From: a candidate division FCPU426 bacterium
Lineage (GTDB): Bacteria; Oederibacteriota; Muellerivitia; Muellerivitales; Muellerivitaceae
NCBI GenBank assembly: GCA_963830915.1
Contig: CAWHOE010000053.1
Span: forward strand, 64,001-128,000
Reading direction: 5' to 3'
Length of the DNA: 64,000 nt
Below the pieces are notes generated by a model. It worked only from the letters and a program-made list of their open reading frames with translations, ran no database searches and was not told the origin of the DNA. The number at the start of each line of letters is the position of its first letter. Position 1 is the stretch's first letter. The position numbers and the translations under genes were made by a program. Shown in pieces: positions 30,433-39,071 of this stretch.

Positions 30433-31506
30433 ATGGCAACCCTTTCCTCGGTCAATAAACGGGCTTATACCAAGAAAGTACCTCTCTTTTTCTTTCTAGC
30501 GCTTCTTCTCTTTTCCGTGGTGCCCAGCGAGCTATTTTATTTTTACAGCCATAACCTGGTCCTATCCCTGATGGTCTGCGGAGGAGCCGTAGCGGTTTTC
30601 TGCCTTTGGTGGTTCCTCTTCCAGTGGCAGACAGCCGTCACCTGGCTTTGCCGATTGCAGATCGTCCTCTTCAAAACCGGCGCCCTTCCCGATGATTACC
30701 GTTTCTCGGACGATGGCGGACCCTTGGAAGTCCAATCCCGGATCGATGACGTGGTCAAGACCGCCTCCACCGTTGTCCAGGAAACCAAGCAGAATCTTGC
30801 CACTACCCGTCACACCCTGGATAAGTACCTCGGTTCCCAGGCTTCACGTCATGCGGTCAAGGATGGGTCCTCCTCCACTTTGGGCGGACAGCTTCAGAAC
30901 GTGTTCATACTTTTCTCCGACATCCGCGGATTCACCGCCATGACCGAGGAACTGAACTCCCAAGAGACCATGAGGACCCTGAACCAGATCTTCTCGCTTC
31001 TGTCGGTAGCGGTCGAGAAACAAGGCGGGGAGATCAACAAATTCATCGGGGACGCCATCCTGGCCTATTTCAAAAGGTCCCCCGACCCAGAGAGCGAACG
31101 GTCCGAGGGCGAGAAGGTCCTGAAGGCCGCCTTCGAGATGCATGAAAAATTCACCCACGTGGTGAACAATAACAACGAACTGAAAGCGCACAACGTGAAG
31201 ATAGGCCTGGGGATAGGCATCGTGGCGGGAAAAGCCATCATGGGCAACCTGGGGTCGCGCAACCGGATGGAATTCACCCTCATTGGGGAGTCGGTCAACC
31301 TGGCCTCCCGCCTCTGCAGTATCACCCCAGAGAACGAGATATTGGTGAACGAGCAGTTGGCCATGTTGGTCAATGACAAGTTCCATATCGAGTCCCGCAT
31401 GCCGGTGCAGTTGAAAGGGATGAAAGAGAAAACCACTCCCTACTGCGTGCTGGGGCCCTTGAGCAACTTGTCCCGCAATATTCCCGACCCGACTCCGTCG
31501 GTTTAA
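30433..31506 (+). CDS. Membrane-anchored class III adenylate/guanylate cyclase
   Basis: Two N-terminal TM helices; FSDIRGFT, INKFIGDAI, FTLIGESVNLASRL, LKG. Confidence 0.92.
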   Translation: MATLSSVNKRAYTKKVPLFFFLALLLFSVVPSELFYFYSHNLVLSLMVCGGAVAVFCLWWFLFQWQTAVTWLCRLQIVLFKTGALPDDYRFSDDGGPLEVQSRIDDVVKTASTVVQETKQNLATTRHTLDKYLGSQASRHAVKDGSSSTLGGQLQNVFILFSDIRGFTAMTEELNSQETMRTLNQIFSLLSVAVEKQGGEINKFIGDAILAYFKRSPDPESERSEGEKVLKAAFEMHEKFTHVVNNNNELKAHNVKIGLGIGIVAGKAIMGNLGSRNRMEFTLIGESVNLASRLCSITPENEILVNEQLAMLVNDKFHIESRMPVQLKGMKEKTTPYCVLGPLSNLSRNIPDPTPSV

Positions 31507-31620
31507 GTTTTTTTCATCCCACTGGATGAATCTCAAACTCTTTAATTTATTTATATTCTTTTTATGTCACCGCTAAAAATACCTTTTTGGTTCGGTCGAA
31601 TTAAATAAAACCCTTCCTAT

Positions 31621-31645
31621 GTCTCTGTGACTCTGTGGTGAATTC
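31621..31645. repeat. Single arm of the ACCACAGAG REP-like family
   Basis: GTCTCTGTGACTCTGTGGTGAATT matches the right arm at 25716-25740. Confidence 0.6.
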
Positions 31646-31655
31646 GATAAATGGC

Positions 31656-32882
31656 CTATTTTTTCCCGTCCAATCCAGGGTTCTTCAATAAGAACCAGAA
31701 AACCGTTATTCCCGCCATAACCGCGAAACCAAAAGCCCAGCCATACCCGGCGTGAGCGGCCACCCAACCGGCGAAAAGTGGCGCGAAGAAATACCAGGGT
31801 CCCATCAGGGTATTGAAAAAACCCGTATGGATGCTGGTTTGCCCCCGGCCCGCCAGGTTCAGGTTCACCACCGAATTGATGACCGGAAATGAGTTCACCA
31901 GACAACCCAGACAGGCGAACCCCAAAGCGTTGAGGGTCGGCGTCTTGCATAACCCGATAAGGCCGAGGGTCAAAAGCCCCGCCGCCGCGGCGATAGCGTA
32001 AGCGGCCCGCACCCCCTTATGGTCCGCCAAATGGCCCAGCAGATAGGCGCCTAGCATCCCTCCCAGGGTAAGGACCGGGGTGAAAACCTGGAACCAGGAC
32101 GCGTCCACATGGGACTCGTTCCGCAAATAGACCGTAAAAAGATTGGTGCAGGAAGCGCTCAATATCATCAGGGTGGCCACCAGGACAAAGGCCCGGAAAG
32201 GGCCTGGTTCTGCCAGCTTTTCCTTGAGCAAACGGAAACTGTTCCGCAGGGCCTTCGGCGGCGGCGGGGCGGGACGACGGGTGATGGGTTTCATGAAGGT
32301 CAAAACCATTACGCTTCCTAAAAGGAAAGGCACCGAGCAGAAGAAACAAAGGGCGTATCCCCAATGAAGACCCCCTTCACTGGCCCATCGGGAAGCCATC
32401 CATCCCGTGAAGGTCCCGCACAGTCCGGAAGCGAAGAAACTCGTCCCGAAGTAGCGCCCCCTTCGGCTGGGCTGCATGGCGCGTCCAATGAAGGCCACCC
32501 AATGGGGTACCACCACACCTACGCCGACGGCGAAAAGACCGAAACCTATGAAAAGAAAGTAAACCCGCAGGTCCTTGGACTCAGGAGAGGTCAGGGCGAA
32601 ACCCAACCCGGCCACGAGAGGGCCCAGGATGGAAGGCAGATGGGCCCAAGCCAGGGGTTTGGGATCGGTCAAACTTGGGGGTAAAGCGAGGGCGGAAAAA
32701 GCCTGTGGCAGGGTGATGCCTGTGATGAAAACCGCGCCCAAAAGCCCGGCGGTGGAAGCGTCCCGGCCCAGATCGACCAGGGCCAGGGAAAGGATGGTGG
32801 CCAAGGTGAAGAATCCATTCGCCGCTCCCCACAATCCCTCATGAAGGACACCCAGCCTGAAATTCTTATCGGCTTGGTTCAA
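31656..32882 (-). CDS. MFS transporter
   Basis: About 12 hydrophobic segments; RRGRYFG and GHLADHKGVR (motif A-like). Confidence 0.85.
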   Translation of the reverse strand: MNQADKNFRLGVLHEGLWGAANGFFTLATILSLALVDLGRDASTAGLLGAVFITGITLPQAFSALALPPSLTDPKPLAWAHLPSILGPLVAGLGFALTSPESKDLRVYFLFIGFGLFAVGVGVVVPHWVAFIGRAMQPSRRGRYFGTSFFASGLCGTFTGWMASRWASEGGLHWGYALCFFCSVPFLLGSVMVLTFMKPITRRPAPPPPKALRNSFRLLKEKLAEPGPFRAFVLVATLMILSASCTNLFTVYLRNESHVDASWFQVFTPVLTLGGMLGAYLLGHLADHKGVRAAYAIAAAAGLLTLGLIGLCKTPTLNALGFACLGCLVNSFPVINSVVNLNLAGRGQTSIHTGFFNTLMGPWYFFAPLFAGWVAAHAGYGWAFGFAVMAGITVFWFLLKNPGLDGKK

Positions 32883-32884
32883 TA

Positions 32885-33406
32885 TCAGTCCTTCTTTTTG
32901 AAGAACTTGGACATTAAAAGAATGTCCTCGTATTTTCCAAGATGCTTCCTGGCCTTTTTCCGAAGGCCATCCACTTTGAACCCGTATTTCTTATAAAGAT
33001 TAATTGCCCGGTAGTTGGAATAGTAGACTTCCAACTGGACACTCTCGAATTTACGCGCCTTCTCCGCGTGAGCCAGGCTTTCCTCCAACAATCTCGCGCC
33101 GATGCCTTTGGCCCGATAGTCCCTAAGAACACCCATATATAAGTGACCCACATGGCTGGTCCCAGGCCTTGTATCAGGTCGGATGTTGCACCATCCGACC
33201 ATCTTTTCACCGTCCATGGCGACCATCTGGGTTTCTTTGTCCCTCAATTTTTTCAGGATGGTCTTGCGTACTTCATTCAAGGGCGGAGCCTTCACCGCGA
33301 GGAGGAATTTGATCTCACGTGCCACCTGATCCAGGACATGGCGATAGCCGGGGATGTGTATCTTCCCCATGGGCACGATTAATATTTTTTTCTGAATAGT
33401 TTTCAT
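32885..33406 (-). CDS. GNAT family N-acetyltransferase
   Basis: MGVLRDYRAKGIGARLL, LEVYYSN.RAINLYKKYGF..G. Confidence 0.9.
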   Translation of the reverse strand: MKTIQKKILIVPMGKIHIPGYRHVLDQVAREIKFLLAVKAPPLNEVRKTILKKLRDKETQMVAMDGEKMVGWCNIRPDTRPGTSHVGHLYMGVLRDYRAKGIGARLLEESLAHAEKARKFESVQLEVYYSNYRAINLYKKYGFKVDGLRKKARKHLGKYEDILLMSKFFKKKD

Positions 33407-33466
33407 GTTAGAGCCTGATCCAATACCAACCCGAGTCTAAAACTCACCCATAAACAAATCTATTTC

Positions 33467-33548
33467 GCCACAGATTCATGGGATGCACTCAGATATGCAG
33501 AAATCTTTAAAAATATTTTTTATCCCATATATCCCATGCATCTGTGGC
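33467..33548. repeat. REP-like inverted repeat (GCCACAGAT family)
   Basis: GCCACAGATTCATGGGAT / ATCCCATGCATCTGTGGC, 17 of 18 complementary, AT-rich loop. Confidence 0.75.
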
Positions 33549-33569
33549 TAATTTTCTGTTTCTGTGCAT

Positions 33570-34685
33570 TTACGAAAAACTAACCCCCAGCAGATGTCCC
33601 AATCCATAGGTCAGCGAAGCCGCCAGTAACCCCAATATCATCTGTCGAATGCCTGAGAACCAAACCGGTTTTCCGGTGAACAAAGTTCCCAATCCCCCGA
33701 AAGCGAACAAAGCCAGCGCGCTTAAAACCAGACTGATCCAGACGGCCAAATGTCCCTGCGTGAAGAAGAACGGCGAGACCGGCACAATGGCTCCCACCGC
33801 GAATAACAGGAAGGAATAAAAGGCCGCTTCCCAGGGAGACCCTCCCCGATCCTCGGGGTTTATCCCCAACTCCTCACGGGATAAGGTATCGATCGCCCGT
33901 TCCTTGTTGGAAAGCATGTACCGGGCCAGTTTCTCCGCCTCTGGGGGCGTCATTCCCTTGGCCTCATAGATCAATCGAAGTTCCTCGACCTCGCCCTCGG
34001 GATTCTTCTCGAACTCTTCGGTCTCGATGGAAATTTCCCTCTCGGCTAGCTCTTTGGAATTGGTGACCGACAGCCATTCGCCTAACGCCATGGAGCATGC
34101 CCCCGCCACCAGGCCCGCCAAGCCTGTCAACAACAGCACGTGGTTGTTGACCGTGGCACCGGCCACCCCCATCACCAGGCTCATGTTGGAACAAAGCCCG
34201 TCATTGGCCCCCATGACAGCCGCCCTCAGTGTGTTGCCCGTCACGTTCTTATGACGACCTTCCAGATTGTTGGCCGCGGCCCCCGGTGCCTGCGTATTCA
34301 ATATCTCCGTGAGCACCAGGTCATGGCCATGTTCCTCATCCACCATGGTGGTGCCTTTGGTCTCGGGCTGGGGAGCGTAGAGATTCCTATCGGCTGTCTC
34401 ACCCTGGGAAATGGTGCTCAAGACCATTTTGGGTCCAAAGGTCTTTGCTAACCAGATGAGCACCTTGGCTCGCCAGGTCGTCGTGCGGGCTGGTACATGT
34501 CCTCCGGCTTTTTGGATCTGGGCCTCCCAGAAATCCCGATGCTTTTCCTCGATCTTGGCCAGGCTGGTATATACCTGGGAAAGTTGGGGTGACTTTTCAA
34601 CTGAAGCCAGGGTGTGGTACTGGGCCGCGCTGTCCACTTCCCCCTGCCAGTTCGCGATGTAACGTTTGATATCGGATGACGCCAT
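33570..34685 (-). CDS. VIT1/CCC1 iron/manganese exporter with N-terminal ferritin/rubrerythrin-like domain
   Basis: E...Y..LA...EEKH and DEEHGH di-iron-type motifs; RAAVMGANDGL, GACSMALGEW. Confidence 0.9.
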   Translation of the reverse strand: MASSDIKRYIANWQGEVDSAAQYHTLASVEKSPQLSQVYTSLAKIEEKHRDFWEAQIQKAGGHVPARTTTWRAKVLIWLAKTFGPKMVLSTISQGETADRNLYAPQPETKGTTMVDEEHGHDLVLTEILNTQAPGAAANNLEGRHKNVTGNTLRAAVMGANDGLCSNMSLVMGVAGATVNNHVLLLTGLAGLVAGACSMALGEWLSVTNSKELAEREISIETEEFEKNPEGEVEELRLIYEAKGMTPPEAEKLARYMLSNKERAIDTLSREELGINPEDRGGSPWEAAFYSFLLFAVGAIVPVSPFFFTQGHLAVWISLVLSALALFAFGGLGTLFTGKPVWFSGIRQMILGLLAASLTYGLGHLLGVSFS

Positions 34686-34785
34686 GACTCACCTCGTTTT
34701 TTTGGATTCGGGATATAGGTTACACAGGGGACGGGATGTTGAAAACAGGCATTTCTAGGGTTTACTTCAAGGAAACAGCCTTACT

Positions 34786-36435
34786 CTATTTCGAAGGAAA
34801 TCCGTTCTTTCCTTTTCGCACGATGGTGACGTGGTTGAACTTCTTTTCCTCGTGTGGGTAATCCTCACGGTAATGGCAGGCCCGGCTTTCCTTACGGGTC
34901 AAAGCGCTGTCGATGATCACATTGGCCACGGCGGCCAAATTCCTCGCCTCCAGGAAGTCCCTGCTTACCCGGTAGTTCCAGTAGTCGTCCCTGACATTCT
35001 TTTGAAGGGCCAGAAGCACGTCCTTGGCCGCCCGCAACCGTCCTTCCGTTCTGGCGATACCGCATAAGAGGGTCATGGTCTTGCGGGTGATATCCCAGTA
35101 ATAACTGATGGTCGTGGGATCCTTGGTTTCCTTGGCCCGGCCGTTGTCCCAATTAGGGACAGTTTCCCTTTTCCCTTTATACTTTTTGGCCGCGAAATGC
35201 TTGGCCGCGTTACGGCCGAAAAGGACGCACTCGGTGGCTGAATTGCTGGCCAATCTGGTGGCGCCATGCAAGCCCGTGAAGGAAGTTTCCCCCAGCACAT
35301 ACAGGTTCTCCAGGTCTGTGGCGCCGTTAAGGTCGGTGCGCACGCCCCCGTTGGAATAGTGGACCGCGTAAACCACCGGGATGGGGTCCTTCGCCATGTC
35401 GAAACCCTTCTTCATACAGAACTCGTAGGAACTCTTGAAGTCGTTCTTCAGTCTCTTTTCGGGGATGCTGGTACAGTCCAGCCAAAGGTGCTTGAGCCCC
35501 AACTTGCGCATCTCCATGTCCTCAGCCCTGGTCACCACATCGCGGGTGGCCGCCGAACCCAATTTGTGGTATTTGAGGACGAAATCCTCCCGGTCGTTCT
35601 TCTGGAGCTTGAGGATAGCCCCCTCGCCCCGCAAGGCCTCGGTGAGAAGGAACCGGCGTTCGGAAGGGTCGGCTTGTTCATCGAAGAAAACGGTGGGATG
35701 GAATTGGATGAACTCCATATTGACCAGGGGCAGCCCCGCCCGATAGGCCATGGCGAAGCCGTCCCCGCTGGCTGAATCTGGGTTGGAGGTATAAAGGAAC
35801 ACTTTTCCCAGACCGCCCGCCGCCAAAAAGACCGCTCGGCTGGAGACCGTCTTGACCCGGTCCTTGTCGATGTCGTAGACATAAACGCCCAGGCACTCGT
35901 CCTTGCCCTTCCGGTGGAGATATTTGTTCTTGGTGATCAGGTCGACCGCCACATGGCGCTCATGGACGCGGATATTGGGATGGTTCAAGGCCTTGCCCGC
36001 CATCACCACCATCACATGGGCTCCCGTCTTGTCCTCTACATGGAATATCCGCTTGGCCGAATGGCCCCCCTCTCGATGCAGGTCGAACGAGCCGTCGCGT
36101 TTCATGTCGAATTTCACGCCTAATCCGACCAGCCATTCGATGACATCGGTGTAGAAATGCTCGACGCAATATTGGACGACCTTTCGGTCGTTGATGTATT
36201 TCCCCGCTTCCAGGGTGTCTTGGATATGTTTCTCGAAGGAATCGCCCCGAATAGGGACGCCGTTGACCAAAGGCACCGCCGCCAGGCCCCCGGCGGTCAG
36301 GTTGCTGGCGCTATCGCGGATCATGGCGCCCTTGATGAAAAGGTCCACTTTCTTGCCCGCGTCCGCGGCTTCCAGGGCGGCTGACAGCCCCGCGAACCCG
36401 CCTCCGATGATGGCGCAATCCGTATCGATGTTCAT
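34786..36435 (-). CDS. nadB: L-aspartate oxidase
   Basis: IIGGG.AGL, REGGHS..RI.H..D.TG, EFIQFHPT, LTEALRGEG, GLHGA.RLASNS, ESR..HYR.D. Start at 36435 or 36465. Confidence 0.88.
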   Translation of the reverse strand: MNIDTDCAIIGGGFAGLSAALEAADAGKKVDLFIKGAMIRDSASNLTAGGLAAVPLVNGVPIRGDSFEKHIQDTLEAGKYINDRKVVQYCVEHFYTDVIEWLVGLGVKFDMKRDGSFDLHREGGHSAKRIFHVEDKTGAHVMVVMAGKALNHPNIRVHERHVAVDLITKNKYLHRKGKDECLGVYVYDIDKDRVKTVSSRAVFLAAGGLGKVFLYTSNPDSASGDGFAMAYRAGLPLVNMEFIQFHPTVFFDEQADPSERRFLLTEALRGEGAILKLQKNDREDFVLKYHKLGSAATRDVVTRAEDMEMRKLGLKHLWLDCTSIPEKRLKNDFKSSYEFCMKKGFDMAKDPIPVVYAVHYSNGGVRTDLNGATDLENLYVLGETSFTGLHGATRLASNSATECVLFGRNAAKHFAAKKYKGKRETVPNWDNGRAKETKDPTTISYYWDITRKTMTLLCGIARTEGRLRAAKDVLLALQKNVRDDYWNYRVSRDFLEARNLAAVANVIIDSALTRKESRACHYREDYPHEEKKFNHVTIVRKGKNGFPSK

Positions 36436-36517
36436 GCTTACCTGTCCCTCAATGGTCTTGACCATTATGTGACAAATTAAATGGGGGTTTATTGTACAGC
36501 TTTAGGCTCAAGAAGAA

Positions 36518-36549
36518 CTACAAGCGGGGAAAAAAGACCCCGCTTGTAG
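36518..36549. terminator. Stem-loop, probable terminator of the Yip1 gene
   Basis: Perfect 12-bp stem CTACAAGCGGGG/CCCCGCTTGTAG with 8-nt loop. Confidence 0.55.
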
Positions 36550-36574
36550 CCACTCTTTCAATGGGAAGGGCTTA

Positions 36575-37231
36575 TCAGACCTTGGGAACGTTCAACAAGT
36601 GGAACGCGAATATACCCACCACGATGAGAAGGACGGCAAGAACAAGACATATCCCCAGGATGATCAAGAACACCGCAATGGACCTGCCGATGGAAAACTT
36701 GTGGGCTTCCGAAATGACGATCACCATGATGACCAGGCACCAAATGATGAATCCTACCGCCAACAGGGCACAAATGGCGAACCAGATAGTTCCCACAGGC
36801 GTTACTATGTCCTTAAGCTCGGTCGCCCCTTGCAGGATCTTGATCCATTTGGGTATCCCTCCGATGAAAAGCAATAGGATCGCGCCGTACGCGGGTGGAT
36901 AGACCCAGGCATAGGCCGTGCATACTTCCTTGAATTTCCCGGTCCCGCCCAAAAGTTTCCCCAGGAAGTAGAGGACCACCACATAGACCCAAAAGGCCCC
37001 GACCCCGAATATCACCATCACCAGGATTGAAGCTAATAGGGACGCGAGGGGTGGCAACCATTTGTTGAAAAGGAAGTAATAGTCGGGATTGATCCCGGCT
37101 ATAAAACTATATAAAGGGACGAGCAGCCATATCCCATAGCCAGGATCCTGTTCGATAAGTTGCCGGACCGTCTCGCGGGGATGGACGCAAACGGAGAAAA
37201 AAGCTCGCAGATATGATATTTGTTTGCTCAT
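36575..37231 (-). CDS. Yip1 family membrane protein
   Basis: HPRETVRQL, KLLGGTG.F, AYAW...P, SEAHKFS..RS motifs; five TM segments. Confidence 0.82.
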   Translation of the reverse strand: MSKQISYLRAFFSVCVHPRETVRQLIEQDPGYGIWLLVPLYSFIAGINPDYYFLFNKWLPPLASLLASILVMVIFGVGAFWVYVVVLYFLGKLLGGTGKFKEVCTAYAWVYPPAYGAILLLFIGGIPKWIKILQGATELKDIVTPVGTIWFAICALLAVGFIIWCLVIMVIVISEAHKFSIGRSIAVFLIILGICLVLAVLLIVVGIFAFHLLNVPKV

Positions 37232-37337
37232 GGGTCTTCCTTATACATATGAGTTATTAACTGATGAATAGTTTAAATGAGGCCTGCCTCAAAGTTGGAA
37301 AATAATGTTTCCATCCAAACAATCCCATCATCTCATT

Positions 37338-37943
37338 TTAAGAAACCTCAAAAAGTATCCTGAGCCTGGTTTTTGAATCGACCGACACATTGTCCTTGGC
37401 CGCGGGTTTGAATCGCCATTTTGCGGCGGTATTCAGGGCAATAGCGTCCAATTCGTCGTTTCCGCTGGAATCCAAAAGCCTGGGTGTGACCAATCCCTGG
37501 GCCGTGATGAGAAATTCGATGACCACGCTTGTCTTCAATTTCTGGTCCCGCAGATAACCCGGGATAACCGGCGCCGGCGCGTAAAAAGCCACAGGCCCAT
37601 GGGTAGGTCCCAAAGCCAGGCCCGCCTCCACTTGATTCCTGGTTTCCTGGGTCTTGGGTGGTTCCTTTTTCACCTCTCTTTTACGCGGGTTTTGTTTTCG
37701 GCTGAAGACGACTTCATCCTCGTCCTTGACCGCCGAGGCCCCGGTCAAATGGGCGTTGGCGGGCAACTGGATGATCTGGGCGTCGATATAGTTAGCTGAA
37801 TCAAAGGGGTTCTTGAAAATAGAAAGATGACCCAACCCCAGCGTGAGGAAAAACAGGAGTTCGAATCCCAAGGCCAACCCCGCGGACTGCCAAACCCGTT
37901 TTCCCTCGTCCTCGAACGATACGTCGATGGTTCCCATGTTCAT
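37338..37943 (-). CDS. tonB: TonB family energy transducer
   Basis: N-terminal TM; C-terminal TonB domain (V.IEF.I...G.V....SSGN.ELD..AL...KWRFKPA..D). Confidence 0.88.
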   Translation of the reverse strand: MNMGTIDVSFEDEGKRVWQSAGLALGFELLFFLTLGLGHLSIFKNPFDSANYIDAQIIQLPANAHLTGASAVKDEDEVVFSRKQNPRKREVKKEPPKTQETRNQVEAGLALGPTHGPVAFYAPAPVIPGYLRDQKLKTSVVIEFLITAQGLVTPRLLDSSGNDELDAIALNTAAKWRFKPAAKDNVSVDSKTRLRILFEVS

Positions 37944-38350
37944 TTATCCTTCCCGGCCTCGGCGACAAGGGCGAATTTCCGCACGCCCGATTCCTTGGAT
38001 TTGTCCATGGCCGACACCACCAGCCCATAACCCACACCCGCGTCCGCGTTGACGATGACCGCCGCCTGAGGGTCGCTTTGCATCTGGTAGGCCAGCTGGC
38101 TACCCAGGGTGTCCAGCGTCACGGAGGTCTTGTTGACCATTAGGGAGCCGTCCTTCTTGACCGTGAGGATGACATTCTGCTTCAGGGTCTCGGGTTTACC
38201 CGACATCTTGGGAAGCAGTACCTTGACGCTGTTAATACGCGTCATGGCCAGGGATGACACCATGAAAAAGACCAACAGGAAGAAAATGACGTCGATCATG
38301 GGGATGATCTCGATTCGTACCCTTTGGATGGGCCTTTGCCGAATTTGCAT
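37940..38350 (-). CDS. exbD: Biopolymer transport protein ExbD
   Basis: IIPMIDVIFFLLVFFMV, V.LP, NAD..V.YG.VV..MD. Confidence 0.95.
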   Translation of the reverse strand: MQIRQRPIQRVRIEIIPMIDVIFFLLVFFMVSSLAMTRINSVKVLLPKMSGKPETLKQNVILTVKKDGSLMVNKTSVTLDTLGSQLAYQMQSDPQAAVIVNADAGVGYGLVVSAMDKSKESGVRKFALVAEAGKDK

Positions 38351-38985
38351 TATTTCTTCCTCCTTTCGGAAGCCAGCCTCACCTCGATGAGACGGGAAGC
38401 CGCCGATTCCATCCGATAGATGAAATTCTTTATCAAGGTGTTGAAATAATTAAGGGCGATGACGCAAACCAGCGCGATGACCAGGCCGGTGGCGGTGGCG
38501 ATCAGCGCCTCCGCGATGCCGCCCGTGATGGAATAGGGATCATCCACCCCGCTTTGGGTCAGGACCTTGAAGGACCCCATCATGCCCAGGATGGTTCCCA
38601 GGAGGCCCATCAGGGGGGCGATGGTGATGGTCGTATCCAGCACATGCACCCTTTTTTCCAGGCGGGGCACCCAGCTTTCTCCCTCGTTCTTCATGGCCAG
38701 TTCCATCTCATTCAAGGGGCTGGAAAAATGTTCCAGACCTGTTTTCAAGACAGCGGCCACAGGGATCGCCTTTCCCTCGCACAATTTCAGACCCTCTTCC
38801 AGTTTTCCTCCCTGAACCTTTTCCAGGACTTTCTGGATGAAACCCTGGGGTGTCACGTATTCTTTGTGGAACGTCCGCCAACGCTCGATGATCACCGTCA
38901 AAGCGATCAATGAGGACGCCAAAAGCGGGATCATCATGAAACCGCCGTGGAATATGAATTTGAATCCCTCGAATATATTGTTCAT
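38350..38985 (-). CDS. exbB: Biopolymer transport protein ExbB (MotA/TolQ/ExbB)
   Basis: APLMGLLGTILGM..SF, GIAEALIATATGL..A. Confidence 0.95.
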   Translation of the reverse strand: MNNIFEGFKFIFHGGFMMIPLLASSLIALTVIIERWRTFHKEYVTPQGFIQKVLEKVQGGKLEEGLKLCEGKAIPVAAVLKTGLEHFSSPLNEMELAMKNEGESWVPRLEKRVHVLDTTITIAPLMGLLGTILGMMGSFKVLTQSGVDDPYSITGGIAEALIATATGLVIALVCVIALNYFNTLIKNFIYRMESAASRLIEVRLASERRKK

Positions 38986-39071
38986 GACTACATCCTTTCA
39001 TGTGTCGAAATAAGGTGGCATAACGCCGGCCGATCCCTGAAAACCGGCCGACGCTTGCCGTGGCGCTTGGA